From Candidatus Krumholzibacteriia bacterium (lineage in GTDB: Bacteria > Krumholzibacteriota > Krumholzibacteriia > LZORAL124-64-63): a DNA stretch of 64,000 nucleotides. The notes beneath the pieces are model-generated. The model was not told the origin of the DNA. It saw only the letters and a program-made list of their open reading frames with translations, and made no database searches. Below are positions 48,058 through 57,759 of the stretch, piece after piece (position 1 is the stretch's first letter; the number at the start of each line of letters is the position of its first letter). The DNA lies in NCBI GenBank assembly GCA_036351155.1, contig JAZBOO010000099.1:11636-75635 (forward strand), written 5' to 3'. The translations under genes were made by a program, and so were the position numbers.

Positions 48058-51000
48058 CTACGCTTTCAGTGCCCTGGAAGGGCCCGGGGCGGGTTTTCCT
48101 GGTGCGTCGGCGGCACGCCACCGGCGGTAGGCCTCGGACAGACGTTCGGCCCACAAGGTGGCCAGGCGGTAGTAGGTGGGCATCACCAGCAAGGTCAACA
48201 GGGTGCTCGAGGCCAATCCCCCGCTGATCGCCCTGGCCATGGGGTAGTATTCCGCGTCGCCCACATGGGCGCCATGGAACAGGGCCAGGGGCAACAGGCC
48301 CAGGATGGTGGTCCCGGCGGTCATCAGGATCGGCCTCAAGCGGTCCGAGCAGCCTTCAATAATGGCTTCGTCCAGCCCGTAACCCACCCGGCGCTTGCCG
48401 TTGATGTGGTCCACCAGCACGATGCCGTTGTTCACCACGATCCCGATCAGGATCACCATGCCGATCATGGCCATGATGTTGAAGGGGGTCCCGGTGGCCA
48501 TCATCAACCAGAAAACGCCCAGACTGGCGAACGGCACCGTTCCCATGACCACCATGGGGTACAGGAGCGATTCGAACAGGCTGGCCATGACAAAGAACAC
48601 ACAGGCCAGGGCCAGCAGCATGTTCAGTCCCATTTCCGATTGCTGCTCCTGCGCTCGGATGATGGACGACCCGAAGTTCCAGGAATAGCCGAACGGCAGA
48701 TCCAGGCTGTCCATGACCGGGCGGATCTCGCGCAAGGCATCGTCCAGACGCTCGCCATCCCAGGTTCCGGTGATCGACACGCCGGACCGCTGATCCCGTC
48801 GGAAAATCCGTTCCGGGCTGCGGCCGTACTGGAAATCGGCCACCTGGGCCAGCTGGACAGGCTGGCCATCGACAGATCCCACCGTCAGCAGGCTGAGATT
48901 CTCCAGGCTTTCCTGATCTTCAGGCAACAGGGAGACGATCATGTCGATCTCCTTGTCCCCTGTTTTCAGGCGGGGGAGCAACACACCACGGTAGGTCAGG
49001 CCCATGATCTGGCTGATGGTGCCCGGCGTGATGCCGAAATGCCCCGCCTGCACGGGATCCACCTTGATCTGGATCTCGGCCTTGCCGTGTTCGCCGTCAC
49101 TGGTCAGGTCGGCAATGCCTTCGATCATGGCCAGCCGCCGCTTGGCCTCATCGGCAAACTGCTGCAGGAATTCTGTCTCCTCGCCGCTGAGGGTCACCGA
49201 GAAGGTTTTGGCCCCCGAATCCTGGCCCTCATCTCCTCCAAAGCGGTACTTCAGCCCGGCCTGGACGGGTAAGTTGGTGCGTAAATCTTCCCGCACCTCG
49301 GCAAAGAACTCGTTGGAAATGATCCCTTCCTCGAAGAACAGCGTGATGGCCGCCCCGTCTGCCCCGTACCAGGAGTACACGTCGCGCAGGCCCAGCTCGT
49401 CCCGCCGGCCTTCCAGGTACTCCGCAGCCCGCAGGACATAGTCCTTGGAGGTGTACTTGTCCACCTGGCCGGTGTAGTCGAATCCGATGTACAGGCTCTC
49501 ACGCCGGATACCGGCATCGCCTTCGGAATCAGGCTTGAAATTCGTGATCTTCATGGCGCCCACCGTGACCACGAGGACAAGGGGAATGATTCCCAGCGCG
49601 GTGGCCAGCGGGTGCTTGATGGCTGTCCAGTTCAGGACGCGAAGATATCGCCGGCGCAGCCAGATCATCCAGCGCGCATCCGCCAGATCCTGACGGCGGG
49701 CCTTCCCCGACATCCGGATGGAAAGGGTGGGAATCACGGTCAAGCTGACCAGCAGAGAAATCAGGAGGGTCACACTGATGGTCACACCCACCTGGCCCAG
49801 CCAGACCGTGAGCTCGTCGGCACCACCGACCACGATCGGGGCAAACACGATGACGGTGGTCAAGGTGGAGGCCACGATGGCCCGCCCCACCTCGCGGGTT
49901 CCCCTCACCGCCGCGGAGATCGGTGAGGCCCCGTGGTGCTGGCGCCGGTGAATGGACTCGAGAACAACCACCGCGTTGTCCACCAGCATGCCCACCCCGA
50001 GCATGAGACCCATCATGGTCAGCACGTTGAGCGAGCTGCCGGTGAGGAACATGAAGATGCAGGTTCCCAGGATGGAAATGGGGATCGCCACACTGACCAC
50101 CAGGGTCATTCCCACCCGACGCAGGAAGATGTACAGCATGACCACGGCCAGCACCGATCCGAATAGTCCGCCCTGGGTGAGGCTGCGCAGAGAGTCGGTG
50201 ATCTGGTCGGCCTGATTGAAAAAGCTGAAGCTGTTGATTCCGGCCAGCGCGGGATCCTGGTTGATGCGTTCCAGCTCGGCCTCCACGGCCCGGCACACCT
50301 CGACGGTGTTGTACCCCGAAGCTTTCTGGACCCAGAAGGCAATGGCCGGTTCCCGGTTCAGGATGCGCCCGTAGTTCAGGGCCGGAGCCCCGTAAATCAC
50401 CTCGGCCACATCACCCAGCCGCAACCCGCGCGCATCGATGGGCAGCTCCTTGAGCTCCTCCACCCCGTTGATGCCGCTCACGGTCCGCATATCGTAGCGC
50501 AACCCGCGGTCCGTCACCCGGCCCACGGTCAGCTCCACGTTGGCCGCCTCGAGCTCGGCGAACAGGTGCGTCACGTCCACGTTGTGTTCCATGATCTTGT
50601 CGAAACGCAAGTAAACCGAGGCCTGGGTCGGCAACACACCGTCGATGTTCACCCGTCCCACTCCGGGAATTCGCTCGAGCGGGCCAATGATCTTCTGATC
50701 GATGAGGTCCCAGCTTTCGGACAGATCACGTCCCTTGGCCGAGATGCGCCCCTGGATGATGGGAATGTCGCTGGTGTTGAACGTCAGCAGAAAAATCTGC
50801 TGGATGTCCTGGGGCAGCTCGCCACGGATCTGGTCGATCTTTTCCTTCACTTCCATGCGCAGCAGGTTGACATCGCGTCCCCATTCGAAGGTCACGCCCA
50901 CCTGGACTTCGCCCGCATCGCTGTAGGAGAAGATTTCCCGGACGCCGCCCAGGGTGGCCAGCACCTCTTCCACCGGCCGGACAATGAGGCGTTCGTTTTC

Positions 51001-51171
51001 CGCTGGAATGCCCCCCTGATAGGGGATGTACACGCCGATGAAAGGCATTTCCACGTGGGGCAGAAACGCCAGCGGCAGCTTGGCGATGGAGATGGCACCC
51101 AGCAAGACCACCGAGGTCAGGGCCATCGCCAGGGAGACAGGCCGGCGCAGGGAGAGATAGGTCAACCACAT
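48058..51171 (-). CDS. RND efflux permease (AcrB/SwrC-like), subunit 2
   Basis: GMLVDNAVVVLE, GIVVNNGIVLVD, RLRPILMT; start MWLT at 51171. Confidence 0.93.
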   Translation of the reverse strand: MWLTYLSLRRPVSLAMALTSVVLLGAISIAKLPLAFLPHVEMPFIGVYIPYQGGIPAENERLIVRPVEEVLATLGGVREIFSYSDAGEVQVGVTFEWGRDVNLLRMEVKEKIDQIRGELPQDIQQIFLLTFNTSDIPIIQGRISAKGRDLSESWDLIDQKIIGPLERIPGVGRVNIDGVLPTQASVYLRFDKIMEHNVDVTHLFAELEAANVELTVGRVTDRGLRYDMRTVSGINGVEELKELPIDARGLRLGDVAEVIYGAPALNYGRILNREPAIAFWVQKASGYNTVEVCRAVEAELERINQDPALAGINSFSFFNQADQITDSLRSLTQGGLFGSVLAVVMLYIFLRRVGMTLVVSVAIPISILGTCIFMFLTGSSLNVLTMMGLMLGVGMLVDNAVVVLESIHRRQHHGASPISAAVRGTREVGRAIVASTLTTVIVFAPIVVGGADELTVWLGQVGVTISVTLLISLLVSLTVIPTLSIRMSGKARRQDLADARWMIWLRRRYLRVLNWTAIKHPLATALGIIPLVLVVTVGAMKITNFKPDSEGDAGIRRESLYIGFDYTGQVDKYTSKDYVLRAAEYLEGRRDELGLRDVYSWYGADGAAITLFFEEGIISNEFFAEVREDLRTNLPVQAGLKYRFGGDEGQDSGAKTFSVTLSGEETEFLQQFADEAKRRLAMIEGIADLTSDGEHGKAEIQIKVDPVQAGHFGITPGTISQIMGLTYRGVLLPRLKTGDKEIDMIVSLLPEDQESLENLSLLTVGSVDGQPVQLAQVADFQYGRSPERIFRRDQRSGVSITGTWDGERLDDALREIRPVMDSLDLPFGYSWNFGSSIIRAQEQQSEMGLNMLLALACVFFVMASLFESLLYPMVVMGTVPFASLGVFWLMMATGTPFNIMAMIGMVILIGIVVNNGIVLVDHINGKRRVGYGLDEAIIEGCSDRLRPILMTAGTTILGLLPLALFHGAHVGDAEYYPMARAISGGLASSTLLTLLVMPTYYRLATLWAERLSEAYRRWRAADAPGKPAPGPSRALKA

Positions 51172-51172
51172 A

Positions 51173-54100
51173 TCAGGCGTCCTTCCCGGTGGCGGAGGCC
51201 AGGGCGGTGCCCGCGCCGATCCGTGCTTGGGAGGTCTCCTGAGCGGGTGACAGCTCACGACTGGCCGCACCGGACAGCAGGGTGTAGATCACCGGGACAA
51301 CCACCAGGGTCAACACGGTGGCCAGCAACAGACCGCTGATCACCGTCACGGCCAGAGGAGCACGCAGCTCGGCGCCCTCACCCAGCCCCAGGGCCATGGG
51401 CAACAGCCCGAGGACCGTCGTCGAGGTGGTCATCAGAATGGGGCGCAGTCGTTCCTGGCCGGCCTGCAAGACGGCCAGGCCCAGCTCCTGTCCCCCACGC
51501 TTCAGCTGATTGATGCGATCGACCAGCACGATGCCGTTGTTCACCACAATTCCCGCCAGCATGATGGCCCCGATGACCGCGATCACACTGACGCTGAGTC
51601 CAGCCAGATAAAGGCCGTAAATCGCCCCGGTCAGGGCCAGAGGCACGGTGAACATGATGATCAGAGGATAGAGAAAGCTCTCGAACTGTGCAGCCATGAC
51701 CAGATAGACCAGGAAGACCGCCAGCAGAATGGCCATCTGCAGGGAGCGGAAGCTCTTGTCCATCTCCTCGTTCTGACCACCCAGCTCGACGCTGATGCCG
51801 GCCGGCAAAATCAATCCCTGCAACTGGGCACGGATATCGCGGCTGACCGAACCCAGATCCCGCCCCTGAAGGTTGGCCGAGATGATGGCCACCCGCTTGC
51901 TCCCCAGACGATGGATTTCCGCCGGGCCGGTCACCACGTCCATGTGGGCGATGCTGGCCAGGGTGATCGGCACCCCTTCCCTTTCGGTCACGATGAGATC
52001 CTGCACCGCGGTCAGAGTGTTGCGCTGTTCGTCGGCGTTCATCACGCGGATGTCCACGTGGCGTTCACGGTCCCGGAAGCGGCTGGCCACCGTCCCGCGC
52101 ACCTTGCCGCGGACCGTTTCGGACACCGTCCCCAGGCTCAGGCCGAATCGGTTCAGCTTGTCCCGGTCGAAGGACACCTGGACCTCGGGAGAGCCGGGAA
52201 CCATGCCCAGCCGCAAGTCGCGCAGCCCGTCGATGCCCTGCATGCGGACCAGGACCTCGTCGGCCGTCCGTTGCAGATCTTCCAGGTTGTATCCGAAAAC
52301 ATCCACCTCGATGGGCGCCCCGAAGGCCAGAAGCGATTGCCGTCTGAGCTTCATGCTCAGCTCCGGGAATTTCTTCAGAACTCCCCGAATATCTTCCAGG
52401 GCCCGGGTCTCGGCCTGGGCGCTGGCTTCCTCCAGGCGCACGTGCACCTCGGCCCGGTTTTCCTTGCGTCGCTGAGCACTGGCGTCTCCCTCGCGGGAGA
52501 CCCCCACCTCGCCGGCCACCATGGCAATGCCCGGCAGCTTGGCGATGCCTTCCTCGACATCGGAAACCATGGCATCGGTAAGGCTCAACGGGGTGCCTTC
52601 GGGCAATTCCAGGGCCAGGGTGAATTCACCGCGCGCCAGAGGTGGAACCAGTTCCGTGCCCAGCCGTGGCCAGATCAGAACGGCCCCGCCGGCCAGCAGA
52701 ACGGCAAAGGTGAGCACCACCAGCCGATGACGCAGCGCCATCCGCAAGGTGTGGTCATAGGCGTCCTGGACCAGAGGAAAAGTCATCTCGAAAAGGCGGG
52801 TCAACGGCCACATCAGAGCGGTGGCGAGCAGGCGCAACATCCGCAGAATGAATCCCAGCAAGCCCCAGATCAGCAGGGGAATACCCAGCACCAGGAACAG
52901 ACCGCATCGCCGCAAAAACCGCGACACCGCGTTGCCGCCCGAGGCATGGCGCGCCCAGGACCGGTACCAGCCCAGCTTCCTGACTTCTCCGTCCTCCTCC
53001 GCTCCAAGGATGAAGCGCCCCGGAAGGCGCCCGAAGGCCATCGCCATGGGCGTGAAGGTCAGGGCCACGATCAGCGACACAGCCAGGCTGAAGGTCACCG
53101 TCAGGGCCTGGTCGCGGAAAATCTGACCGGCCACTCCGACGACGACAAAGACGATGGGGACAAACACGGCCAGAGTGGTCAGCGTGGAAGCCGTCACGGC
53201 CCCGGCCACCTCGCCGGCTCCCAGCGCCGCGGCTTCCCCGGGATCCTGGTCCGGCTTTTCCTCGCGGCGTCGATGGATTGCTTCGAGCACCACGATGGAG
53301 TTGTCCACCAGCATCCCTACTCCGAGCGCCAGTCCGCCCAGGGACATGACGTTCAGGCTGACCCCGCGGGTGAGCATGAGAATGAAGGTGGCCACGATGG
53401 AAATGGGAATGGCAATCCCGATGATCAATGTGCTCCGGAAATCGCGCAGGAAAACGAACAGCACCAGGACGGCCAGCCCGCCGCCCAGCAGCGCATTGTT
53501 GCGCACTTCACTGATGGCCGAGGCGATGAAGACCGACTGGTCGAAGAGGACCTCGAGCTGCATCTTCTCGGGCAACTGTTCCTTCAACCGGTCCAGGTGA
53601 CCACGCACCCGTGCGGCCATCTCCACGATGTTGGCGTCGCCTTCCTTGAAGACCGCCAGCTCGACACTTTCACGGCCGTCAATATGCGTCACCGAGGCCC
53701 GTTCCTTGTGATGCCGGAAGATCCGGGCCACCTCGTCCAGGCGAATGGGTTGACCATCGATGTTGGCCACGGTCACCTGACCGATATCGTCCAGATCTTC
53801 GAAGCGGCTCAAGGTTCGGACGATGTACTCGGCGTTGCGGTCCCGCAGGCGGCCGCCCGAAGCGTTGATATTTTCCTGGGCCAGGGCCAGGTTGACCGAA
53901 GTGATGCTCACACCCAGGGCCGCGAGGCGGGCCTCATCCACCTCCACCCGGATCTCCTCTTCCAGGCCACCGGACACACGGGCCGCGGCCACCCCTTGCA
54001 GGGCTTCAATTTCTTTCTTGAGGACATCATCGGCCACGTTGCGCAGGGCCACCAGGGGAGCATCGCCGGTCAAGCCGATCCGCACCACCGGGTCCTGGGA

Positions 54101-54493
54101 GGGGTCGTACTTGAGCAGGAGTGGGATCCGCGCATCTTCGGGCAGCCGCACCAGATCCAGTTTTTCCCGGACGTCCAGCGAGGCATAGTCCATGGGCGTG
54201 CCCCAGTTGAACTCCAGCGTGATCTGAGAAAGGCCGGCCTGGCTGATGCTGTGGACCTTGCGCAGTCCGGGCACCACGCCCACCGCCTCCTCCAGGGGGC
54301 GGGTCACCAGGTTTTCCACGTCCACGGGAGCCGTCCCCGGGAACTCCGTTTGCACGGTGAGAGTCGGGTATCTGATCTCGGGCAAAAGGCGCATGTCCAG
54401 TCGACTCAGCGCGGTCATGCCGAACACCACGGCGGCAAGGGTCACCATCCACACCGTCACCGGATGCGATACTGCGTAGCGAATGATCTTCAT
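51173..54493 (-). CDS. RND efflux permease (AcrB/SwrC-like), subunit 1
   Basis: GMLVDNSIVVLE, GIVVNNGIVLVD, RLRPILMTT. Confidence 0.94.
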   Translation of the reverse strand: MKIIRYAVSHPVTVWMVTLAAVVFGMTALSRLDMRLLPEIRYPTLTVQTEFPGTAPVDVENLVTRPLEEAVGVVPGLRKVHSISQAGLSQITLEFNWGTPMDYASLDVREKLDLVRLPEDARIPLLLKYDPSQDPVVRIGLTGDAPLVALRNVADDVLKKEIEALQGVAAARVSGGLEEEIRVEVDEARLAALGVSITSVNLALAQENINASGGRLRDRNAEYIVRTLSRFEDLDDIGQVTVANIDGQPIRLDEVARIFRHHKERASVTHIDGRESVELAVFKEGDANIVEMAARVRGHLDRLKEQLPEKMQLEVLFDQSVFIASAISEVRNNALLGGGLAVLVLFVFLRDFRSTLIIGIAIPISIVATFILMLTRGVSLNVMSLGGLALGVGMLVDNSIVVLEAIHRRREEKPDQDPGEAAALGAGEVAGAVTASTLTTLAVFVPIVFVVVGVAGQIFRDQALTVTFSLAVSLIVALTFTPMAMAFGRLPGRFILGAEEDGEVRKLGWYRSWARHASGGNAVSRFLRRCGLFLVLGIPLLIWGLLGFILRMLRLLATALMWPLTRLFEMTFPLVQDAYDHTLRMALRHRLVVLTFAVLLAGGAVLIWPRLGTELVPPLARGEFTLALELPEGTPLSLTDAMVSDVEEGIAKLPGIAMVAGEVGVSREGDASAQRRKENRAEVHVRLEEASAQAETRALEDIRGVLKKFPELSMKLRRQSLLAFGAPIEVDVFGYNLEDLQRTADEVLVRMQGIDGLRDLRLGMVPGSPEVQVSFDRDKLNRFGLSLGTVSETVRGKVRGTVASRFRDRERHVDIRVMNADEQRNTLTAVQDLIVTEREGVPITLASIAHMDVVTGPAEIHRLGSKRVAIISANLQGRDLGSVSRDIRAQLQGLILPAGISVELGGQNEEMDKSFRSLQMAILLAVFLVYLVMAAQFESFLYPLIIMFTVPLALTGAIYGLYLAGLSVSVIAVIGAIMLAGIVVNNGIVLVDRINQLKRGGQELGLAVLQAGQERLRPILMTTSTTVLGLLPMALGLGEGAELRAPLAVTVISGLLLATVLTLVVVPVIYTLLSGAASRELSPAQETSQARIGAGTALASATGKDA

Positions 54494-55710
54494 CAGTCAC
54501 GCTCCGCCATGGCGGTGACCGTGTCCGGCTCCTGAGCCGGATCCAGGGCTTCGGCTTTCAGGGCCTGGTAACCCACCGCTTCCCCGTTGAGGGCCTTGAT
54601 CAGGGTCCCGGTGCGCAATCCCCCCTGCCCCATGGTCACGATGTATTCACCGGCGAACAAACCTTCAAGAACCTCGACGTGGGTCTCGTCGTAGAGCCCC
54701 GTGGCAATTTCCACCTTGCGCACGGTGTCGGCCTCGGCCACGAACACGCTGCGCAGCGCACCTTCTTCGACCAGAGCGATCTTGGGGATGGCCAGGGCGT
54801 CATGGTGCTGATCGGTGGTGATCCGGACCTTCACGAAGCTCCCCACCCGGGCGGACGCTTGCGCATCGTCCAGCAACAGTGTCAGACGTACGGTGCTGGT
54901 GGTAGGATCTACCACGGGAGAAACGCGCTCCACCACGGCCTCGAGGGGCTTGTCGGCGGCTTCAGGGGAGATCAGCACCCGCTGGCCGCTGGCGATCTTG
55001 CGGGCCACGTTCTCGGGCAAATTCACCCGCACCCGCAGGGGAGTGAAATCACCCAGGGTGAAGACCGGAGCACTGAGGGCCACTTGCTGCCCCAGAACCA
55101 CCTTGCGCTCGGTGATCCGTCCGGAGAAAGGCGCCCTGATACGGGTCTCTTCCAGGGCAATCCGGGCCAGATCACGTTCCGCCTCGGCCAGCTTGAAGGC
55201 CGATTCCACATCATCGTACTCCTGCTGGCTGATCAGTTCCTCGGCCTGCATCCTGGCGCTCCGCTCCATCAGGCGCTGCTTGTCGGCCAGGGTCAGCTCA
55301 GCCTTGCGCAGCTGAATTTTTTCCCTGTCGTTCTCCAGCTCGGCCAGGACCTGGTTCTTCTCCACCCAGTCCCCCTCTTCCACCTGGATGGCCCGGACCC
55401 GCCCGTCACTGCGGCAGGGCAAATCCACCAGGCGGTCGGCCTCGATGACCGAAGCGGCCCGGTAATAGGCCGCAATACCCCGTCCCTCCACCAGGGCGAT
55501 CTCCACGGGAATGGGCATGATTTCGGGCTTGTCATCCTTCTTCTGGTCCTCGTCGGCGTCCGCGGTCTCGCCATCGGTGGCGGCCAGGGCCTCGTTGCCG
55601 CTCCCGGGTCCGACAGGCAGAAGGCCGGTGAAGTAAAGCCCGGCGCCGGTGCCGCCGAGCACCAGAACGGCCAAGAGGATCAGTACCAGAGGCTTGCGCA
55701 AGATATTCAT
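54493..55710 (-). CDS. RND periplasmic adaptor (membrane fusion protein)
   Basis: N-terminal TM anchor, VEEGDWV lipoyl half, coiled coil, IRAPFSG, ISP/VSPVVD. Confidence 0.92.
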   Translation of the reverse strand: MNILRKPLVLILLAVLVLGGTGAGLYFTGLLPVGPGSGNEALAATDGETADADEDQKKDDKPEIMPIPVEIALVEGRGIAAYYRAASVIEADRLVDLPCRSDGRVRAIQVEEGDWVEKNQVLAELENDREKIQLRKAELTLADKQRLMERSARMQAEELISQQEYDDVESAFKLAEAERDLARIALEETRIRAPFSGRITERKVVLGQQVALSAPVFTLGDFTPLRVRVNLPENVARKIASGQRVLISPEAADKPLEAVVERVSPVVDPTTSTVRLTLLLDDAQASARVGSFVKVRITTDQHHDALAIPKIALVEEGALRSVFVAEADTVRKVEIATGLYDETHVEVLEGLFAGEYIVTMGQGGLRTGTLIKALNGEAVGYQALKAEALDPAQEPDTVTAMAERD

Positions 55711-55967
55711 TGTCCCTGCTCCAAGGAAAACGGGTGACGATGCGGAAAAAATCGATGGGGGCCGATCATGGCCGCCAAAAAGCAAGACGCATCGTGGGCG
55801 GCAAGGTTGCATGATCAGGAATAATTGACCGGCCAATCCCCGGGCAGACCAGCTTGCCGTGCTGGAATTTCGACGCCCCGGGCGTTAAATTCCCCCTGCA
55901 GATCTGTTGAGGTGTGGGCATGCCGTGTCCCCACCCCGTTTCCCGCAATGTCTCCGAGAGGTCAGTC

Positions 55968-57689
55968 ATGAAAAAGCTGGTTGAGTGCGTTCCGAACATC
56001 AGTGAGGGCAGGGACCAGACGGTCATCGAACAGGTGACCGCCGTGATCGAGGATGTTCCCGAAGTCCACCTCCTGGACGTCGACCCCGGGGCCGAAACCA
56101 ACCGGACGGTCATCACCTTCATCGGCCCCCCCGAAGGCGTGGCCGAAGCGGCCTTCCGCGTGGTCAAGCGTGCCGCGGAATTGATCGACATGAGCAAGCA
56201 GAAGGGGGCCCACCCCCGTCATGGCGCCACCGACGTGTGCCCCTTCGTGCCCGTCAAGGGCGTGAGCATGGAAGAGTGTGTGGCCATTGCTCGCCAGGTG
56301 GGCGAACGGATTGGCAAGGAACTGGAGATTCCGGTTTACCTGTACGAGGATGCCGCCCGGAAGCCCGAGCGCCGCAATCTGGCCCACGTGCGCAAGGGTG
56401 AATACGAGGCCCTGCCCGACAAGCTTGGCACCGAGGAGTGGAAGCCCGACTTCGGTCCCAACGCCTGGAACGAGCGGTCCGCCCGCACCGGCGCCACCAA
56501 CGTTTCCGCGCGTGGATTCCTCGTGGCCTACAACGTGAATCTGAACACCCGCAGCAAGAAGATCGCCGACAACATCGCCCTGGACATCAAGGAAGCGGGC
56601 CGCGCCCAGCGTGATGACAACGGCGTGCTGGTCAAGGGTGCCGATGGCGAGAATATCCTGGTCCCCGGTCCTTACAAGCTCGATGCCTGCAAGGCCGTGG
56701 GCTGGGTCATTCCCGAGTACGACAAGGCTCAGGTGTCGATCAACCTGGTGAACACCGCCGTGACCAAACCCCACCAGGCTTTCGACGCCTGCACCAGCAG
56801 CGCCCTCGATCGCGGTGTTTATGTCACAGGCAGTGAGCTGGTGGGCTTGATTCCCGAAGGGGATCTGATTGCCGCGGGCAAGCACTACCTCCGCAAGGCG
56901 GGGCAGTCCGCCGGAATCCCCAAGAAGCTGGTGATCGAAACGGCGATCCAGAGCATGGGCCTGCGCGAACTGGGTCCGTTCGATCCGGCCGAGAAGATCA
57001 TCGAATACCAGGCCGGCATGGTCGATGGCCCCCTGGTCAGCATGACCAACCGTGAGTTCGTCGATGAGCTGAGCACCGACAGCCCCGCCCCCGGTGGTGG
57101 TTCGGTGGCTGCCCTGAGCGCAGCCCAGGCCGCCGGTCTGGTGGCCATGGTGGGCAACCTGACGGTGGACAAGCGCAAGTATGCCGATGTTCAGGACCGG
57201 GTGAAGGAGATTGCCGAGCGTGGGCAGGAGCTGAAGGACTTCTTCCTGACGGCCATGGATGACGACACGGCCGCCTTCAACGCGGTGATGGATTGCTTCG
57301 GCATGCCCAAGGGCACGCCGGCCCAGAAGAAAGCCAAGGATCTGGCGGTGGCCGAGGCCACGCGTGGTGCCACCATCGTGCCCCTGTCGGTGCTGGAGCG
57401 GGTGCCCGAGCTGCTGGAACTGGCCGATGAGATCGGCAAGATCGGCAACGCCGCCAGCCTGAGCGATGCCGGCGTGGCCGTCCTGACGGCCATGACCGGA
57501 GCCGAGGGGGCCTACTACAATGTGCTGATCAATCTGGAGTCCCTGAACAGCTGCGACATGAGTGAGGCGCCGGATTTCGGTGCCGACACGCTGGCGCGCG
57601 CCAGGAAGGCCATGGCCCGCTGCGAGGAGCTGGCGGCCACCTACCGGGCGACCATTCGCGGGAAGCTGGAAAAGGCCCTGGAGAAATAG
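55968..57689 (+). CDS. ftcd: Bifunctional glutamate formiminotransferase / formiminotetrahydrofolate cyclodeaminase
   Basis: VECVPNISEGR, HPRHGATDVCPFVP, RGFLVAYN, GSELVGL, then cyclodeaminase motifs SPAPGGGSVAA, DTAAF, SDAG, NVLINL. Confidence 0.94.
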   Translation: MKKLVECVPNISEGRDQTVIEQVTAVIEDVPEVHLLDVDPGAETNRTVITFIGPPEGVAEAAFRVVKRAAELIDMSKQKGAHPRHGATDVCPFVPVKGVSMEECVAIARQVGERIGKELEIPVYLYEDAARKPERRNLAHVRKGEYEALPDKLGTEEWKPDFGPNAWNERSARTGATNVSARGFLVAYNVNLNTRSKKIADNIALDIKEAGRAQRDDNGVLVKGADGENILVPGPYKLDACKAVGWVIPEYDKAQVSINLVNTAVTKPHQAFDACTSSALDRGVYVTGSELVGLIPEGDLIAAGKHYLRKAGQSAGIPKKLVIETAIQSMGLRELGPFDPAEKIIEYQAGMVDGPLVSMTNREFVDELSTDSPAPGGGSVAALSAAQAAGLVAMVGNLTVDKRKYADVQDRVKEIAERGQELKDFFLTAMDDDTAAFNAVMDCFGMPKGTPAQKKAKDLAVAEATRGATIVPLSVLERVPELLELADEIGKIGNAASLSDAGVAVLTAMTGAEGAYYNVLINLESLNSCDMSEAPDFGADTLARARKAMARCEELAATYRATIRGKLEKALEK

Positions 57690-57707
57690 AGCCAGGATCT
57701 GGCCAAG

Positions 57708-57740
57708 AAAAAGGAGGCGGGACATCCCGCCTCCTTTTTT
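57708..57740. terminator. Bidirectional Rho-independent terminator
   Basis: aaaaaggaggcggga-ca-tcccgcctcctttttt between convergent genes. Confidence 0.88.
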
Positions 57741-57759
57741 GTGCGCCTGGTGGTCAGGG

